Source: an uncultured virus (IMG/VR IMGVR_UViG_3300045923_000041) (Duplodnaviria > Heunggongvirae > Uroviricota > Caudoviricetes). Taken from it: a stretch of 64,000 bases of DNA. The notes under the pieces were generated by a model. The model searched no databases. It had not been told where the DNA came from and saw only the letters and a program-made list of their open reading frames with translations. The stretch lies in IMG/VR virus record IMGVR_UViG_3300045923_000041, positions 62,001-126,000 of that record, one strand, 5' to 3'. Position numbers and translations under genes: made by a program. Of the stretch, positions 1 through 10,405 are shown one piece after another (position 1 is the stretch's first letter; each line of letters begins with the position of its first letter).

Positions 1-2183
1 AGCCATCTGGGGGTCCCCTTGCGCGCTCGGGGCCAACCGGCTACACCGCCCATCCAAATCCAGACTGGCTCACGTACGTACGTAAGCGTGGGGGTAGTGG
101 CGAGCTGGTCGGGGTACCCCCAGTTGACCTGGCACAGAGACCCCACCGCATAGTCGTACAGATACGCGGTGCTCATAGCGACCATGTAGTCACCAAACAC
201 AGGGTTCCCGTTGACACCGTAAGGGTTATTCAGACCTCGACGCCTGAAACAACGCCACACCCCGTTATACGAGCCGTTCGTGAAGCACGTCTGGCCGAGG
301 TTGTAGGAATCGATCGCAGAGGAGTTAACACTGAGGTTCTGAGTACGGTTGAAACCACTCAGAGTATACCCGCCGAAGGTTTGGGCGGCATACGGGTCGA
401 GGTCCCCATCCTCTGTGTTGTCCAATCTTTGGAAACCTATGCCGACATACCCAGTCGATTGGCACGACTGGTAGTAGCCCCATGTGCCGTCTTGAGAGAC
501 GCCCTGCTGCTCGATGTTGTTCGCGCACAAAAGCTGCGCTCGACCAGGGTTGGTAGGATTGAGGTTGCTGCACCAGTACGACGCACTCGTACCGACAGAA
601 CCAGCCCCGCCTGTTCCGATGACGGCCATAGTCGCAGTCGCAAGTCCGCCGGGGCCTAGAGGGAAGCCGTTGGCAGTGGGGTTACCCGTAGAGCCCCCAG
701 GACAGACAGTAGAAGACACCTGAGATAGAGCATTGGCCATCGTGGAGAACCGACCAGTCGATGTCGTCGTGGCGCCCTCAGTCGAAGTGCTCTGGTCGAT
801 GCACTGGTAGTAAATGTGCCCTTGGGTAGCGTTGAGGCGCCACCAGACCATCTCACGAACGTAGGCGATCGGAGGACCAGCCGTGCTCGTTACTGTGGCC
901 GCTGAAAAGGAGCCCGTGACCGTATCGGTAGTGGAGTTGTTCCACCCGTAGAGGTTGCCCGCCCAGCCGCTCGAACCTGTACCCACGACACGCGGAGCAA
1001 TGACCAAGAATCCCGTGCCGCCAGAGGAATCAGGCATGTACCCGAGAAGCTCGCCTTGAGCGCCCGTGCTCGACTGCGTGACGTTCTCACCGCGGATGAA
1101 GGTACCCGTCGAGACGTTCGTCCCGATCGGAATCTTCATGGTCGTTGGGCCTTGGAGACAAATCCACTGTCCGCCACCACCGGAACCCTGCAAGTAGCTC
1201 GGGTAGATGTGCTGTAGAGGATCGGTCTCAACCCATTGGAGATTGGGGTTGTTGCCGTCGCTGGCAACACCACCGGGGTTGTAGAGCAGGACGTTCGAAG
1301 CGCTCACGTACCCAGCGATCAGGAACGTACCGTTGTTGCCGCCCGCCAAGCTCGAAGGGTTGAGGATGGTGATTCGGCGCCCAACGTCCGCAGCCGTGAA
1401 GCCTGCGAAGGTTGACGTGGTGAAGTTGATGAGAGTGCTCGTCCCCGAGGTTACCGTAGAGAAGGCACCAATTGAGCCGTCGTTCCCACCGTACTGCTCT
1501 GTGATGGTCAGGCTGGTGTTACCGCTCTCCGCAACGAGCTGCGGTGCGTAAACGATGACCTGCGAGGAGGTCGCCGAGACGATACGGAAGCTGCCGTTGT
1601 TGTTACTGATCGAGCCTGTGATCGTAGCGTACCGCCCAGGCGAACCGTTGACCGTGAAGCCGGACACACCCGTGATCGTGGCCTGGCCCGTCGAACCGCT
1701 GGCCGCCCCGATGACAGCCGCACCGCTGCTCGCGCCACCACCGGACACGTTCGATAGGTGCACTGCTCCGCCAACACCCCAAAGGTCGAGCGCTGAGTTG
1801 CGCAAGAGTGCCCAGGTCAAGCCGGAGTCCGTCGATACGCCGCTGGTGTTGTAGATCGTGACCGAGGTCGCCGAGACGTACGAGGTGATGAGGAACGTGC
1901 CGTCGTTGCCGCCGTGCGAACCTCCCGAGATGGTGATGTACTGACCGACGCAACCGGGGGTCATGTTCGTCAGGCCACCCAACGTGACAGTGGGGCTTGA
2001 GAACGCGGTGACCGTACCGGCCGCCCCGCTCTGAAGGATGTTCGTGCAGCCGGAGCTTTGCCCGTTTCCCCCAGACATGTACTTCCAACCGGCCGCCAAC
2101 ATCGTGCGAGTGAGCTTCCAGATGGCGTGACTCGTCTCTCCGGAGTTCTGAAGAACGAGGTTGACTGTTGCTGCGTTGGCCAT
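1..2183 (-). CDS. Tail fibre/receptor-binding protein paralog B (3' end runs off the window)
   Basis: Not in the ORF track. Hand translation from ATG at 2183 (MANAATVNLVLQNSGETSHAIWKLTRTMLAAGWKY...) stays open to base 1 and aligns along its length with 2193..4262 (GPTxMKIPIGTNV, FIRGENxTQSxTGAQGELLG, RLDNxEDGDLDPY, RKGTPRW). Confidence 0.8.
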   Translation of the reverse strand, partial: MANAATVNLVLQNSGETSHAIWKLTRTMLAAGWKYMSGGNGQSSGCTNILQSGAAGTVTAFSSPTVTLGGLTNMTPGCVGQYITISGGSHGGNDGTFLITSYVSATSVTIYNTSGVSTDSGLTWALLRNSALDLWGVGGAVHLSNVSGGGASSGAAVIGAASGSTGQATITGVSGFTVNGSPGRYATITGSISNNNGSFRIVSATSSQVIVYAPQLVAESGNTSLTITEQYGGNDGSIGAFSTVTSGTSTLINFTTSTFAGFTAADVGRRITILNPSSLAGGNNGTFLIAGYVSASNVLLYNPGGVASDGNNPNLQWVETDPLQHIYPSYLQGSGGGGQWICLQGPTTMKIPIGTNVSTGTFIRGENVTQSSTGAQGELLGYMPDSSGGTGFLVIAPRVVGTGSSGWAGNLYGWNNSTTDTVTGSFSAATVTSTAGPPIAYVREMVWWRLNATQGHIYYQCIDQSTSTEGATTTSTGRFSTMANALSQVSSTVCPGGSTGNPTANGFPLGPGGLATATMAVIGTGGAGSVGTSASYWCSNLNPTNPGRAQLLCANNIEQQGVSQDGTWGYYQSCQSTGYVGIGFQRLDNTEDGDLDPYAAQTFGGYTLSGFNRTQNLSVNSSAIDSYNLGQTCFTNGSYNGVWRCFRRRGLNNPYGVNGNPVFGDYMVAMSTAYLYDYAVGSLCQVNWGYPDQLATTPTLTYVREPVWIWMGGVAGWPRARKGTPRW

Positions 2184-2192
2184 GGTGCTCTC

Positions 2193-4262
2193 TCAGAAAG
2201 AAGGAGTCGTCACGCCGTCCCATGGCCCGACAACCATCTGTGAAATTGCGGATGCGGAGGTCAACACAATCCACTGCAAAGAGTCGAACGTCGAGTTGAC
2301 GCTTGCCCCCTGACAGAGCTGTAGCCACCTGGGGGTGCCTTTACGCATTCGACCGGACGCAAGCTGTGCAGTGTAGGGGGAGAGATAGAGCCATAGTTGG
2401 TCACGCACATAGGTCGTGGTGACTGCGGTTCCAACTTGATCTGGGTTGCCCGTGTTTGTTTGAAGCGGAAACACAGCGGCCCCGAAGTCGTACAGCATCA
2501 TCACGCTGAACCAGTTGTAGGTCTCTCCCGAAAGACCTCGACGGCGGAAACCCTTGAACCCGTGACCGCCGGTAGAGTTAGCGATCCATGTTTGGTCTGT
2601 ACGGCAATTGTCCGTAGCGCTGCCAGCGCCGTTGATCGTCACCGTATCCGCTGATCTGTTAGCCGCTGCGTTCAGCGAACCTGACCAGTGCCCTTGATGG
2701 ACGTACGGATCGAGATCCCCGTCCTCCTGGTTGTCCAACCTCAAGTACGAGAGCATCTGGTACCCGGTCGAGTTGCACGACTGGAGATAGAACCAGGTCC
2801 CGTCCGCCGAGACTCCTTGCTGAGGCACACAGTTGGCCGCAATGAGCTGCGCCCTTCCAGGAGATGTGGGAGACACAACCGACCAGTAGCTCCAGTAGCT
2901 ACCACCGCCGCCTTGCCCTGGCTGGCCGAGAACTGCGTACGTGCCCGTCCACGAAGTCGAGAACCCGTTGGTCGTGCAGTTACCGCCCGTAGACCCGCCA
3001 GGAGCGAGGATCGAGGTGACCTGGCTCAACGTGCCCGCCATCGTCGAGAGGCGGCCCGTGCTTGCAGTCGTCGCCGACTCCGTGGACGAGTTCTGATCGA
3101 TCCTCTGATGCCACATGAGCCCAGAGTTGTTGTAGTTCTTGTAGATGCAGGTCTCGGCGATATACGCGATGGGCGTCGAGCTGGCAGGGGTTGTAATGGT
3201 GACCCCCGAGAAGGCCCCCGTGATGGTGTCCGTGTTGGCCGAGTTGTTCCAGCCGTACGTCGCGAACGGACCGGCTTGCACACCCGTCCCCACGACTCTT
3301 GGAGCGACGACGAGGTAGCCGGTACCACCGGAGGTGTCCGTCACGATCCCAAGAAGCTCCCCCTGCGCGCCGGTCGTGCTCTGTGTGATGTTTTCACCAC
3401 GGATGAAAGTGCCGCCCACGGGCACGTTCGTACCAATGGGGATCTTCATGATGGTCGGCCCCTGAAGGACGATCCAACACCCGTTACCCGTGATGTTCTG
3501 GATGTAGCTCGGGTAGATCTGGTTCAGCGGCGAGTATTCGACCCACTGAAGGGTTGGGTTCTGCGAGTCGTTGATCGTGACTGTCGGAGTGCACTCAGGC
3601 CCAGCATGCAGAAGGATGTGGTTGTTGGCCACGTAGCCGGCAATCAGATATGTGCCGTTGTTCCCGCTACCCGAGTTGAGGATCGTGATCATACGACCAA
3701 CGTCCGTGGTCGTGAATCCAGTGAACGAGCTGGTCGTGAAGTTGATGAGGGTGCTCTGCCCTGTGGTCGTGGTGGAGTACGTCGTGATGGAGCCATCGGC
3801 TCCGCCGTACTGCTCGACCACGGCCAAACTGGAGTTGCTCGTCTCCGCCACGAGTTGAGGAGCGAACACCGTGACCGTTGTTCCAGTCTGCGCCGTGATG
3901 CGGAAGCTGCCATTGTTGCCGCTCCCCGACCCCGTGATGGTCAGGTAGTCGCCAACGGAAGCCGACGTGAAGCTACTGACTCCCGTGATGGTCGAGGCGC
4001 CCGTCGATGCGACCGCAGCCCCGATGCTCACTCCCGAGCCGCTGCCGGTACCACGGCTCGCGTTCTGGAGGTTGACGGCCCCGTCTACGCCCCACCAGTC
4101 CAGAGCCGCGTTGTTGGAGTGATCGACCGTGCCGCTGTTGCCGTTGCCGCTCGCCTTGTACTTCCACCCAGCCGAGAGCATGGCCCGGGAGAGCTTCCAA
4201 ATGGCGCTGAACTGATCGACCGAGGTGTTCAGTGTGTAGTTGAGTACGTATGCGTTTGCCAT
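2193..4262 (-). CDS. Tail fibre/receptor-binding protein paralog A (689 aa)
   Basis: T/S/G/N-rich beta protein with VGxxxTIxxxxxxNNGxxxI modules, located downstream of the wedge genes. Function inferred from position. Confidence 0.65.
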   Translation of the reverse strand: MANAYVLNYTLNTSVDQFSAIWKLSRAMLSAGWKYKASGNGNSGTVDHSNNAALDWWGVDGAVNLQNASRGTGSGSGVSIGAAVASTGASTITGVSSFTSASVGDYLTITGSGSGNNGSFRITAQTGTTVTVFAPQLVAETSNSSLAVVEQYGGADGSITTYSTTTTGQSTLINFTTSSFTGFTTTDVGRMITILNSGSGNNGTYLIAGYVANNHILLHAGPECTPTVTINDSQNPTLQWVEYSPLNQIYPSYIQNITGNGCWIVLQGPTIMKIPIGTNVPVGGTFIRGENITQSTTGAQGELLGIVTDTSGGTGYLVVAPRVVGTGVQAGPFATYGWNNSANTDTITGAFSGVTITTPASSTPIAYIAETCIYKNYNNSGLMWHQRIDQNSSTESATTASTGRLSTMAGTLSQVTSILAPGGSTGGNCTTNGFSTSWTGTYAVLGQPGQGGGGSYWSYWSVVSPTSPGRAQLIAANCVPQQGVSADGTWFYLQSCNSTGYQMLSYLRLDNQEDGDLDPYVHQGHWSGSLNAAANRSADTVTINGAGSATDNCRTDQTWIANSTGGHGFKGFRRRGLSGETYNWFSVMMLYDFGAAVFPLQTNTGNPDQVGTAVTTTYVRDQLWLYLSPYTAQLASGRMRKGTPRWLQLCQGASVNSTFDSLQWIVLTSASAISQMVVGPWDGVTTPSF

Positions 4263-4268
4263 CTGATC

Positions 4269-5468
4269 TTACCCCCAAGTGATGACCACGGAGGCGTAGC
4301 TGCAAGTGACTGCGTTGGAGCCGGAGACGCTGCCCATCTTGAGCTGCACCTCGTAGAGCTTCGAAGCCGAAGGAAGCGTCAGAGTCGCGGTAACAAGCGT
4401 GGGGGTCAGCGCCGAGCTGCTAAGGGGAAAGGTGGGGCTCGACGTGACGACGTTGCCATCTGTCACGTTGTAGAGCTGGATTACCGCGGCAACGCTTGCC
4501 GAAGTCGTGACCAACACTGCATTGAAGGTCGCCTGCGCGTTCGCCGGGTAGACCGTTGGGTTGATCTGACGGTTGCCGATCCGCTGGTATGTGGTCGTCG
4601 AGTTGACCTGGACCCCGGCAACGAGGGGCAGCTCGATGGAGGTCGCCACCGTCAGGGGGTCTGTCCGGCCGACGTCGAGCACGTCCCAGTTCGTGCCGTC
4701 GAACGCAACCTCAACCGAGTAGTACGTGGTCCCGTTCGGAGGAGCGGAAAGCGACAGGATGATGGACCCGCCCACCCCGTTCAGGAGGTTGAACCCGCCG
4801 CAGCCGGCCGTGAGCCCGATCTTGTACTTGAAGCGCTTGCCCGATTGGGGTGTGGGAGAGGTGCTAGCGATCTGCTCCTGGTACAGACCCGTGCCCGTGA
4901 GGTTCAGGTTACGCCAGGGGTAGTCGGTCCCATCGACAATGGTGACCGTGGAGGCTCCCGAGCCCGTGAAGTTGACGGTGACAGGAAGCCCTACGAACCG
5001 GCCAACCGTCGCCCGCAGGAACCGTAGCAGACCATCGACGAAGACGTTCGTGCTGGCCGCCTGAGAGCCCTCCCAGCCCGCGTTCTGCGCGGCGGAAGAA
5101 CCCCCGATGTTGGTCATGTTGCCGGTCATGCCGGCGCTGGGGAGGACGTAACCGTACGTGTCGGCGATGGCGAAGAACTTGACGTCCGTCGTCACCACCG
5201 GGCCGGAATCGGTCCGGACAAGCTTGATGACGTACACGCCGTCGAGCGTCGGGGCGTTAATGTTCGCCGTCTGACTGGTCGGGTTGTTGATGGTCGGAGC
5301 CGAGGACAGGGGCCCGGGCCAACCAACGATGGACCACGACCAAGACGTAGCGCCAGCGCCCGCCGCATCGGTGAAGTTCACCTGCGTGCCAGTCACGTAG
5401 CCGAGCGCCGACTGACCTGCGGTGGTCGTCGTGAGGCCCTGTGAGAACTGGATCTGGGCGCTGGGCAT
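4269..5468 (-). CDS. Virion structural protein with N-terminal PKD/Ig-like domain (fibre-associated)
   Basis: VNFTD..GATSWSWSI...GVYVIKLVRTD resembles a PKD-type domain; beta-rich; tightly packed in the fibre block. Confidence 0.55.
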   Translation of the reverse strand: MPSAQIQFSQGLTTTTAGQSALGYVTGTQVNFTDAAGAGATSWSWSIVGWPGPLSSAPTINNPTSQTANINAPTLDGVYVIKLVRTDSGPVVTTDVKFFAIADTYGYVLPSAGMTGNMTNIGGSSAAQNAGWEGSQAASTNVFVDGLLRFLRATVGRFVGLPVTVNFTGSGASTVTIVDGTDYPWRNLNLTGTGLYQEQIASTSPTPQSGKRFKYKIGLTAGCGGFNLLNGVGGSIILSLSAPPNGTTYYSVEVAFDGTNWDVLDVGRTDPLTVATSIELPLVAGVQVNSTTTYQRIGNRQINPTVYPANAQATFNAVLVTTSASVAAVIQLYNVTDGNVVTSSPTFPLSSSALTPTLVTATLTLPSASKLYEVQLKMGSVSGSNAVTCSYASVVITWG

Positions 5469-5481
5469 CTCGCCCCCTTAC

Positions 5482-6000
5482 TTATCCCAGAGTTATGGTG
5501 AACGTCAGCGTCAGGGTGTCGCTCGTGAACAGCGTTCGGGCTGAACCGAAGAGGATCTCGTGGTTCATGACACCGGAGGGGTAGCCCGCCGTGAAGAGAG
5601 CCGTCTTCGCAACCGACTGCGAGGTACCGCCCGTGTACGTGAACGTGTTGGAGATGGTGGTCTGGTTGCCGGAGCCGCTCGCCAGAGTGACCGAGCCCTG
5701 GATGCGACCGAGGCCGCTGCCCGTCAGCTCGCTCGCAAGGCTGGTGTCGCCTGCGTTGGGGCTGCCCGTGTCGGCCGTGAGGGCGATGTAGTTGAAGCCG
5801 TTGGTCAGAAGGCCCGAAGTGCCGTAGCACTGCGAGTGCATCTGGACACGCCCGGCGTTCAGGATGAGGTTCCCGGCCACCTCGTCCTCGCCAACTTGCT
5901 TGAAGAGCCAGATGCCCTTGGCCTCATCGTAGGCGTAAGGCCGCTCCTGGTGGATGAGCACCTTTGCTCGTGGCAGCGCTACAGAATCCTGGATGAGCAT
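5482..6000 (-). CDS. Tail-collar/fibre attachment-type structural protein
   Basis: NLILNAGR...YIALT.DT..P.AGDTSL.SEL...TALF...DTLTLTFTITL pattern of fibre-proximal domains. AGGAG spacing favours the ATG at 6000 over 6006. Confidence 0.6.
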   Translation of the reverse strand: MLIQDSVALPRAKVLIHQERPYAYDEAKGIWLFKQVGEDEVAGNLILNAGRVQMHSQCYGTSGLLTNGFNYIALTADTGSPNAGDTSLASELTGSGLGRIQGSVTLASGSGNQTTISNTFTYTGGTSQSVAKTALFTAGYPSGVMNHEILFGSARTLFTSDTLTLTFTITLG

Positions 6001-6022
6001 GCACATCTCCTAGCGAGGATGA

Positions 6023-6035
6023 CCCATAAAAGGAC
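6023..6035 (-). promoter_or_regulatory. Putative phage late-promoter motif (GTCCTTTTATGGG)
   Basis: Copy of the YTCYYYTTAT motif in a short intergenic gap upstream of a gene start. Confidence 0.55.
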
Positions 6036-6037
6036 GC

Positions 6038-6913
6038 TCAGAAGTCGTCTGAGTGGTCCTCATCGACGACGGCCTTGTTCGTCTTCTTGCCGAGCCGGTC
6101 CCGGTTCCGGATGCCGCCCCAGTACGAGCGGAAGTCGTCGTAGTAGTAGGCGCTCAGCGACGCCCGCATGGCATCCAGGACGATCTTGGCCGTGTCGTTC
6201 GGGATGTACGTGTCCTGGAAGATGTACCGGATCGTGTAGAGCGTGTGCGCTGGGCGCAGAATGTCGATGATCTGCCGCAGGGAGGAGTCCGAGTTGAACA
6301 GGTCGGGCGGGAACCCTCCCCCGGACGGGGTCAGGATCTCGATGTTGAACCCGAACTCGTCGGAGATGTCGAGCCCGGCCGCACCCTCGCGCAGGAGCAG
6401 GAAGTTCTCCGTGACCGTGATCTGACCCGAGAGAAACAGAGCCGCCGCATCGGCCATCGACTTGGGGATCGACCCCTGGAAGTAGATGCTGATGATGCTC
6501 AGGAGAAAGGACCGGAACGAGGCGTCTGTCCACTGCGTCGGAGGGATCTTGCCGTTCAAGACCATCAGGTAGCCGATGATCGAGTACAGGAAGTCCGAGC
6601 GCGTCGAGGACTGGATCGGGTTGTACGTCCCGTTCGAGACCTGCCAGGATGTCGTCGGCGTAGGGGCCACGAACGAGTAGTCACCGGCCACGTCTTCGAG
6701 CGCCAGCTCCAGCTTTGCCAGCTCTACGGAGACCGCCTTCAACTCTTGGGTGTAGTTCGGACCCTCGATGGTCGAGAGGTAGTTGCTCGGCAGGAGGTTC
6801 ATCACGGTCGTGAAGATGGCCTGCGACCGATAGAGCAGCCGGAGGTTGTACTCCTTGCCCGTTTGCGAGACGGTGTTGTTCAGCCGGTTGGGGTCAAATG
6901 CGAACCTGGGCAT
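6038..6913 (-). CDS. Baseplate wedge protein (P2 gpI / T4 gp7-like)
   Basis: C-terminal IIDILRPAHTLY (RPAH/KPAH motif); directly follows the J-like gene. Confidence 0.7.
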   Translation of the reverse strand: MPRFAFDPNRLNNTVSQTGKEYNLRLLYRSQAIFTTVMNLLPSNYLSTIEGPNYTQELKAVSVELAKLELALEDVAGDYSFVAPTPTTSWQVSNGTYNPIQSSTRSDFLYSIIGYLMVLNGKIPPTQWTDASFRSFLLSIISIYFQGSIPKSMADAAALFLSGQITVTENFLLLREGAAGLDISDEFGFNIEILTPSGGGFPPDLFNSDSSLRQIIDILRPAHTLYTIRYIFQDTYIPNDTAKIVLDAMRASLSAYYYDDFRSYWGGIRNRDRLGKKTNKAVVDEDHSDDF

Positions 6914-6916
6914 GGA

Positions 6917-9900
6917 TCAGGCGCTCGCGTAAGTGATGTTGAAATTACCGAGGGTGATGTATTCGACCTGGGCCGCTGTGATGTCGTGCGCTCCGGTCTG
7001 GCCGCTCACGATGTATGTCACCGTGTAGACGTGATTCGTGGGCACGTCCGCAGGGGATCCTGCGTTCGAGAGCGAGACGACCACGTGATTCGCGGTGAGC
7101 AAGAGACGCTGGGCCAAGATGGCAGCCGGAGTGGTGAAGCCCTGAGCTATGAGGGTGGCGTCGTCCGAGTACCCGAGGATGCTTGCGCCCTCGCTACCGA
7201 TGATCCACCCCTGGTTGGCGGCAAGACAGACTTGTGCGAGCGAAGCCGCGTTCGTGAGCTGCACGTCATCCTGGAAGACGCCGTGCGTCTGCGTCGGCAA
7301 ACCCCCGTTGTCGGTCGTGGGGTTCTCCAGAGCAGCCGTCAGGATGAAGGCGTTGTTACCACCGATGTCCAGCGAGGCTACGGACTCGAAGGCAGAGTTG
7401 ACCGCCTCTCGAAGCTTGATCGACCCGTCCGCGTACCCCATCGTCGCGAAGGGCAGGACGTTGAAGGACACACCCGACTGGTCATTGATGGCGCCGTCCA
7501 CGTTCGACTGCGCTACACCCTGGCCGATGAGCTTCGTGTTGAGCACGATGCTCACCGCCGACCGGATCTCGGCGTCCACGGTGGACTGGCTCGCGCCCGC
7601 CTTGAGCTGGACAGTGGTCTCGATGTTGACGTTGTTGTCGATCGCCTGCTTCACGAGCACGTCGGCCGTGACGTGGCGCTTCGTGTTCACGACCTCTTGG
7701 AGCTGCTGGAGCAGGTCGTTGATGACGTAGGTGACCGTGAAGTTCTCGTCGTGCGTGTAGTCCACGCTCACGGTCTGGCCGCTGACGATCGTGGAGGTGG
7801 CCGTCCGGATGATGAGCGCCGGCGTCGTGGGCGTTCCCTGGATGATGTCGTAGTCGGGGGTCGGGCTGGACGGACCGTTGTACTCGATCGTTCTGTCTGC
7901 CGAGTAGACGGCGATCGTGTCCGTGTTGATGCCCACGTTGCTGAGGGGCACCTGGAAGAACCCGATGATGACGTGCGTCTCGTTGTTGACCTGGATCGGC
8001 GAACCGCTCGGAATGCCGTTGTACTGGACAAGGGTGAGGTTGTCGGTCGCGATCGTGGACTGCCCCGTGATGAGCGGGTCGTCAGACTGGTCGAAGATGA
8101 TGTTGTGCGTGAGGTCGAGCGGTCCGGCAATCTCGCCGACAACCGAGACGATCCTGCGCACGGGCTGGTAGCTGAAGGTGAAGGTGTTGACCGACTGGAA
8201 GCGGTAGTCCACCTCGATGACGTCGTCGATGTGGGTAGTCGGCTGATCCGGTAGCGCAGCGTTGAGCTGGAATGTGTTGTAGGAGAGGATCGTGGCTCCC
8301 GTGAGGTCGTACGCGATCCCTTGCGTCACGTTGAACACGCCCTGACCAGGGCCGCTCAAGATCTCCGTGATGGGGGTGCTCGGAGTCACACGCGAGTCGA
8401 GCACCTGGAAGACGAGCGTCGAGATGTTGATGATCTCGACAGGGATGTTGAGCGCGAGCTGGTAGGTGAAGGCGAACGTCTCCGTGATGTTGCGCTCGTT
8501 GACGCCCTGGACCCAGATGTCCACCTTGCCGCCGATGTGCTTGTGGCGAACCGGGTCGTAGTCCCGCATCATGAGGGGATCGCCGCTCTTGACGACCAGC
8601 GCCTTGATGATGCCGATCTGCGAGGCTGCCGTGAGGGCGTAACCGCCTTGGGTCCCTGTATCGACGGCCTGGAAGCCGAGCATGGCACGAGCGGCTAGAT
8701 CCTCGTTGGTCTCCACGTCCGTGCCGAAGACCGTTGAGGACTCGTTGACGACACTGACGCCCGCCACACCAGAGATCGAGGTGATGGTGCCTGCGGACCT
8801 ATTACCGTCAGCGCCCGCCTGCGTGGCCACGATGTCGGCCACAATCTCGTAGCGTTGCGTCGAGAAGTTGTAGTACGCCTGGGAGTTCTCCGCGGGCAGC
8901 GTGTACGAACCTGCGATGAGGAACGGCCACGCAGGGAGGTTCTGCGAGCTGTCAGCCGACGCGGTCACGATGGTGCCGGCTGGGATGACGATGTCCAGAA
9001 GGGGACGAGTCGGCGTGTAGATGACCACCTGACCGACCGCAGGAGCGCCAGGCAAGCGTGTCTTGTCTACGTTCGCCGCGAGCTTGTCGTACTGCGTGTC
9101 GATGAGCGACTGCGTCTGGTCGTCGGTCGTGGCGCCGATGGCTGCCTTGAGGGCCGACTTGTACGGGCTCGACGCCACCGCATCCGGCATCCCGTTGCCC
9201 GTGGTGTCGTCGATCTGAATGAGCGTGAGGAAGCTCTGCGACCTGTGGATGAAGTCGAGCAGGAACCAGAGACGCTCAGCCTCGCTAGCGAACGGGTCGA
9301 TCGAGACGTCACGGGACGTGGAGCCTGGGATGAGTGCGACGCTCGCGTTCACCCGTTGGATGGCTGTGATGTAGTCGGTCGTGATCTGCGCTGCGGTGCG
9401 GCCCGGCAAGTCCAGGATCGCCGTGTCGATGGTGAGAGGTGTGCCGAGTACCTCTTGCGAGTACGGGGTCTCGACCTCCTGGTTCAACACGCTGTCGAAG
9501 AAGACCGCCGTGACCACGTAGTAGAGCGGGTCACTGTTCGAGACATTGGCGAACTGGTCGGAGTTGATGATCCCCGTGCCGCCGCTTCGGGTGTGCGTGA
9601 ACGAGATGAAGTTGTTGAACTGGTAGCTCTGGAGGTTGCTGCTGTACCGCAGCTTCGGCCCGAGCGCACCGGCCGGGTAGGACTTGTCGAAGCGGACGTT
9701 GAGTAGGTTGCCGAAGTTGTCCGTCTCCGTCACCTGGATGCGGATGTTCTTGAGCGTGGTGTTGTCCCAAGTCGCAATATCTTGCGCGGAAGAGACGTCA
9801 TCCTCTTCGTAGACCGTGGGCGTGGTCACGGGGGACTGATTGACGAGGAAGTACCCGGTGGCGCCGCCCGGAGTCGTAGAGGCGTAGAAGTTGAACCCCT

Positions 9901-10402
9901 GGAACGTCGTGCTCGGCGGTACCACCAGCGTTGCTGGGTTCGAGACGAGCGACGACGGGTTCGTGATCGTTGCGGTGTTTGAGACCAGGTTCGGCTGGAT
10001 GGCCTGGATGTTGACGGAGCCGTTCGCGCGCACCACGCGCACGCCCGTGGGGATGAGCGTGGACACGTCGTTGACCGTGAGCACGTACGTCACGGTCGCC
10101 GTAGAGGTTGCGCTCACGGCACCGAGGATGTCGATCGCTCGGATGGCGATGGTGTTGACGCCAAGGGCGAGCGCGAGACCCGAGGGGTAGGAGTTCGGGT
10201 TCGGGATCGTGAAGGTCTGCTGGTCGAACAGGATGAGCGTGGGGTCGGACGAAAACGCCGACCCGTTCACGGAGATCTGAAGCGCCACGGTATCGACCGT
10301 GACTGTTCCCGTGATCACGATCGCGCTCTCGTTCGTGGAGAACACGAGCGACGTGGTGTATCCGAGTCCGTTTCTGAGTGCGATTTGGGGAGCGGTTGCC
10401 AT
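6917..10402 (-). CDS. Baseplate wedge protein J / gp6-like, extended (1161 aa)
   Basis: PGSTSRDV.IDP, IPAGTIV, ATQAGADGN, GTDVETNEDLAAR, GGKVDIWV motifs typical of baseplate J. Confidence 0.85.
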   Translation of the reverse strand: MATAPQIALRNGLGYTTSLVFSTNESAIVITGTVTVDTVALQISVNGSAFSSDPTLILFDQQTFTIPNPNSYPSGLALALGVNTIAIRAIDILGAVSATSTATVTYVLTVNDVSTLIPTGVRVVRANGSVNIQAIQPNLVSNTATITNPSSLVSNPATLVVPPSTTFQGFNFYASTTPGGATGYFLVNQSPVTTPTVYEEDDVSSAQDIATWDNTTLKNIRIQVTETDNFGNLLNVRFDKSYPAGALGPKLRYSSNLQSYQFNNFISFTHTRSGGTGIINSDQFANVSNSDPLYYVVTAVFFDSVLNQEVETPYSQEVLGTPLTIDTAILDLPGRTAAQITTDYITAIQRVNASVALIPGSTSRDVSIDPFASEAERLWFLLDFIHRSQSFLTLIQIDDTTGNGMPDAVASSPYKSALKAAIGATTDDQTQSLIDTQYDKLAANVDKTRLPGAPAVGQVVIYTPTRPLLDIVIPAGTIVTASADSSQNLPAWPFLIAGSYTLPAENSQAYYNFSTQRYEIVADIVATQAGADGNRSAGTITSISGVAGVSVVNESSTVFGTDVETNEDLAARAMLGFQAVDTGTQGGYALTAASQIGIIKALVVKSGDPLMMRDYDPVRHKHIGGKVDIWVQGVNERNITETFAFTYQLALNIPVEIINISTLVFQVLDSRVTPSTPITEILSGPGQGVFNVTQGIAYDLTGATILSYNTFQLNAALPDQPTTHIDDVIEVDYRFQSVNTFTFSYQPVRRIVSVVGEIAGPLDLTHNIIFDQSDDPLITGQSTIATDNLTLVQYNGIPSGSPIQVNNETHVIIGFFQVPLSNVGINTDTIAVYSADRTIEYNGPSSPTPDYDIIQGTPTTPALIIRTATSTIVSGQTVSVDYTHDENFTVTYVINDLLQQLQEVVNTKRHVTADVLVKQAIDNNVNIETTVQLKAGASQSTVDAEIRSAVSIVLNTKLIGQGVAQSNVDGAINDQSGVSFNVLPFATMGYADGSIKLREAVNSAFESVASLDIGGNNAFILTAALENPTTDNGGLPTQTHGVFQDDVQLTNAASLAQVCLAANQGWIIGSEGASILGYSDDATLIAQGFTTPAAILAQRLLLTANHVVVSLSNAGSPADVPTNHVYTVTYIVSGQTGAHDITAAQVEYITLGNFNITYASA

Positions 10403-10405
10403 GGG

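Noticed and set aside
1..4262. Diversity-generating retroelement or invertible fibre cassette
   Set aside because: No reverse transcriptase or invertase in the window; the paralogs are co-oriented and differ at all base types, not just adenines.
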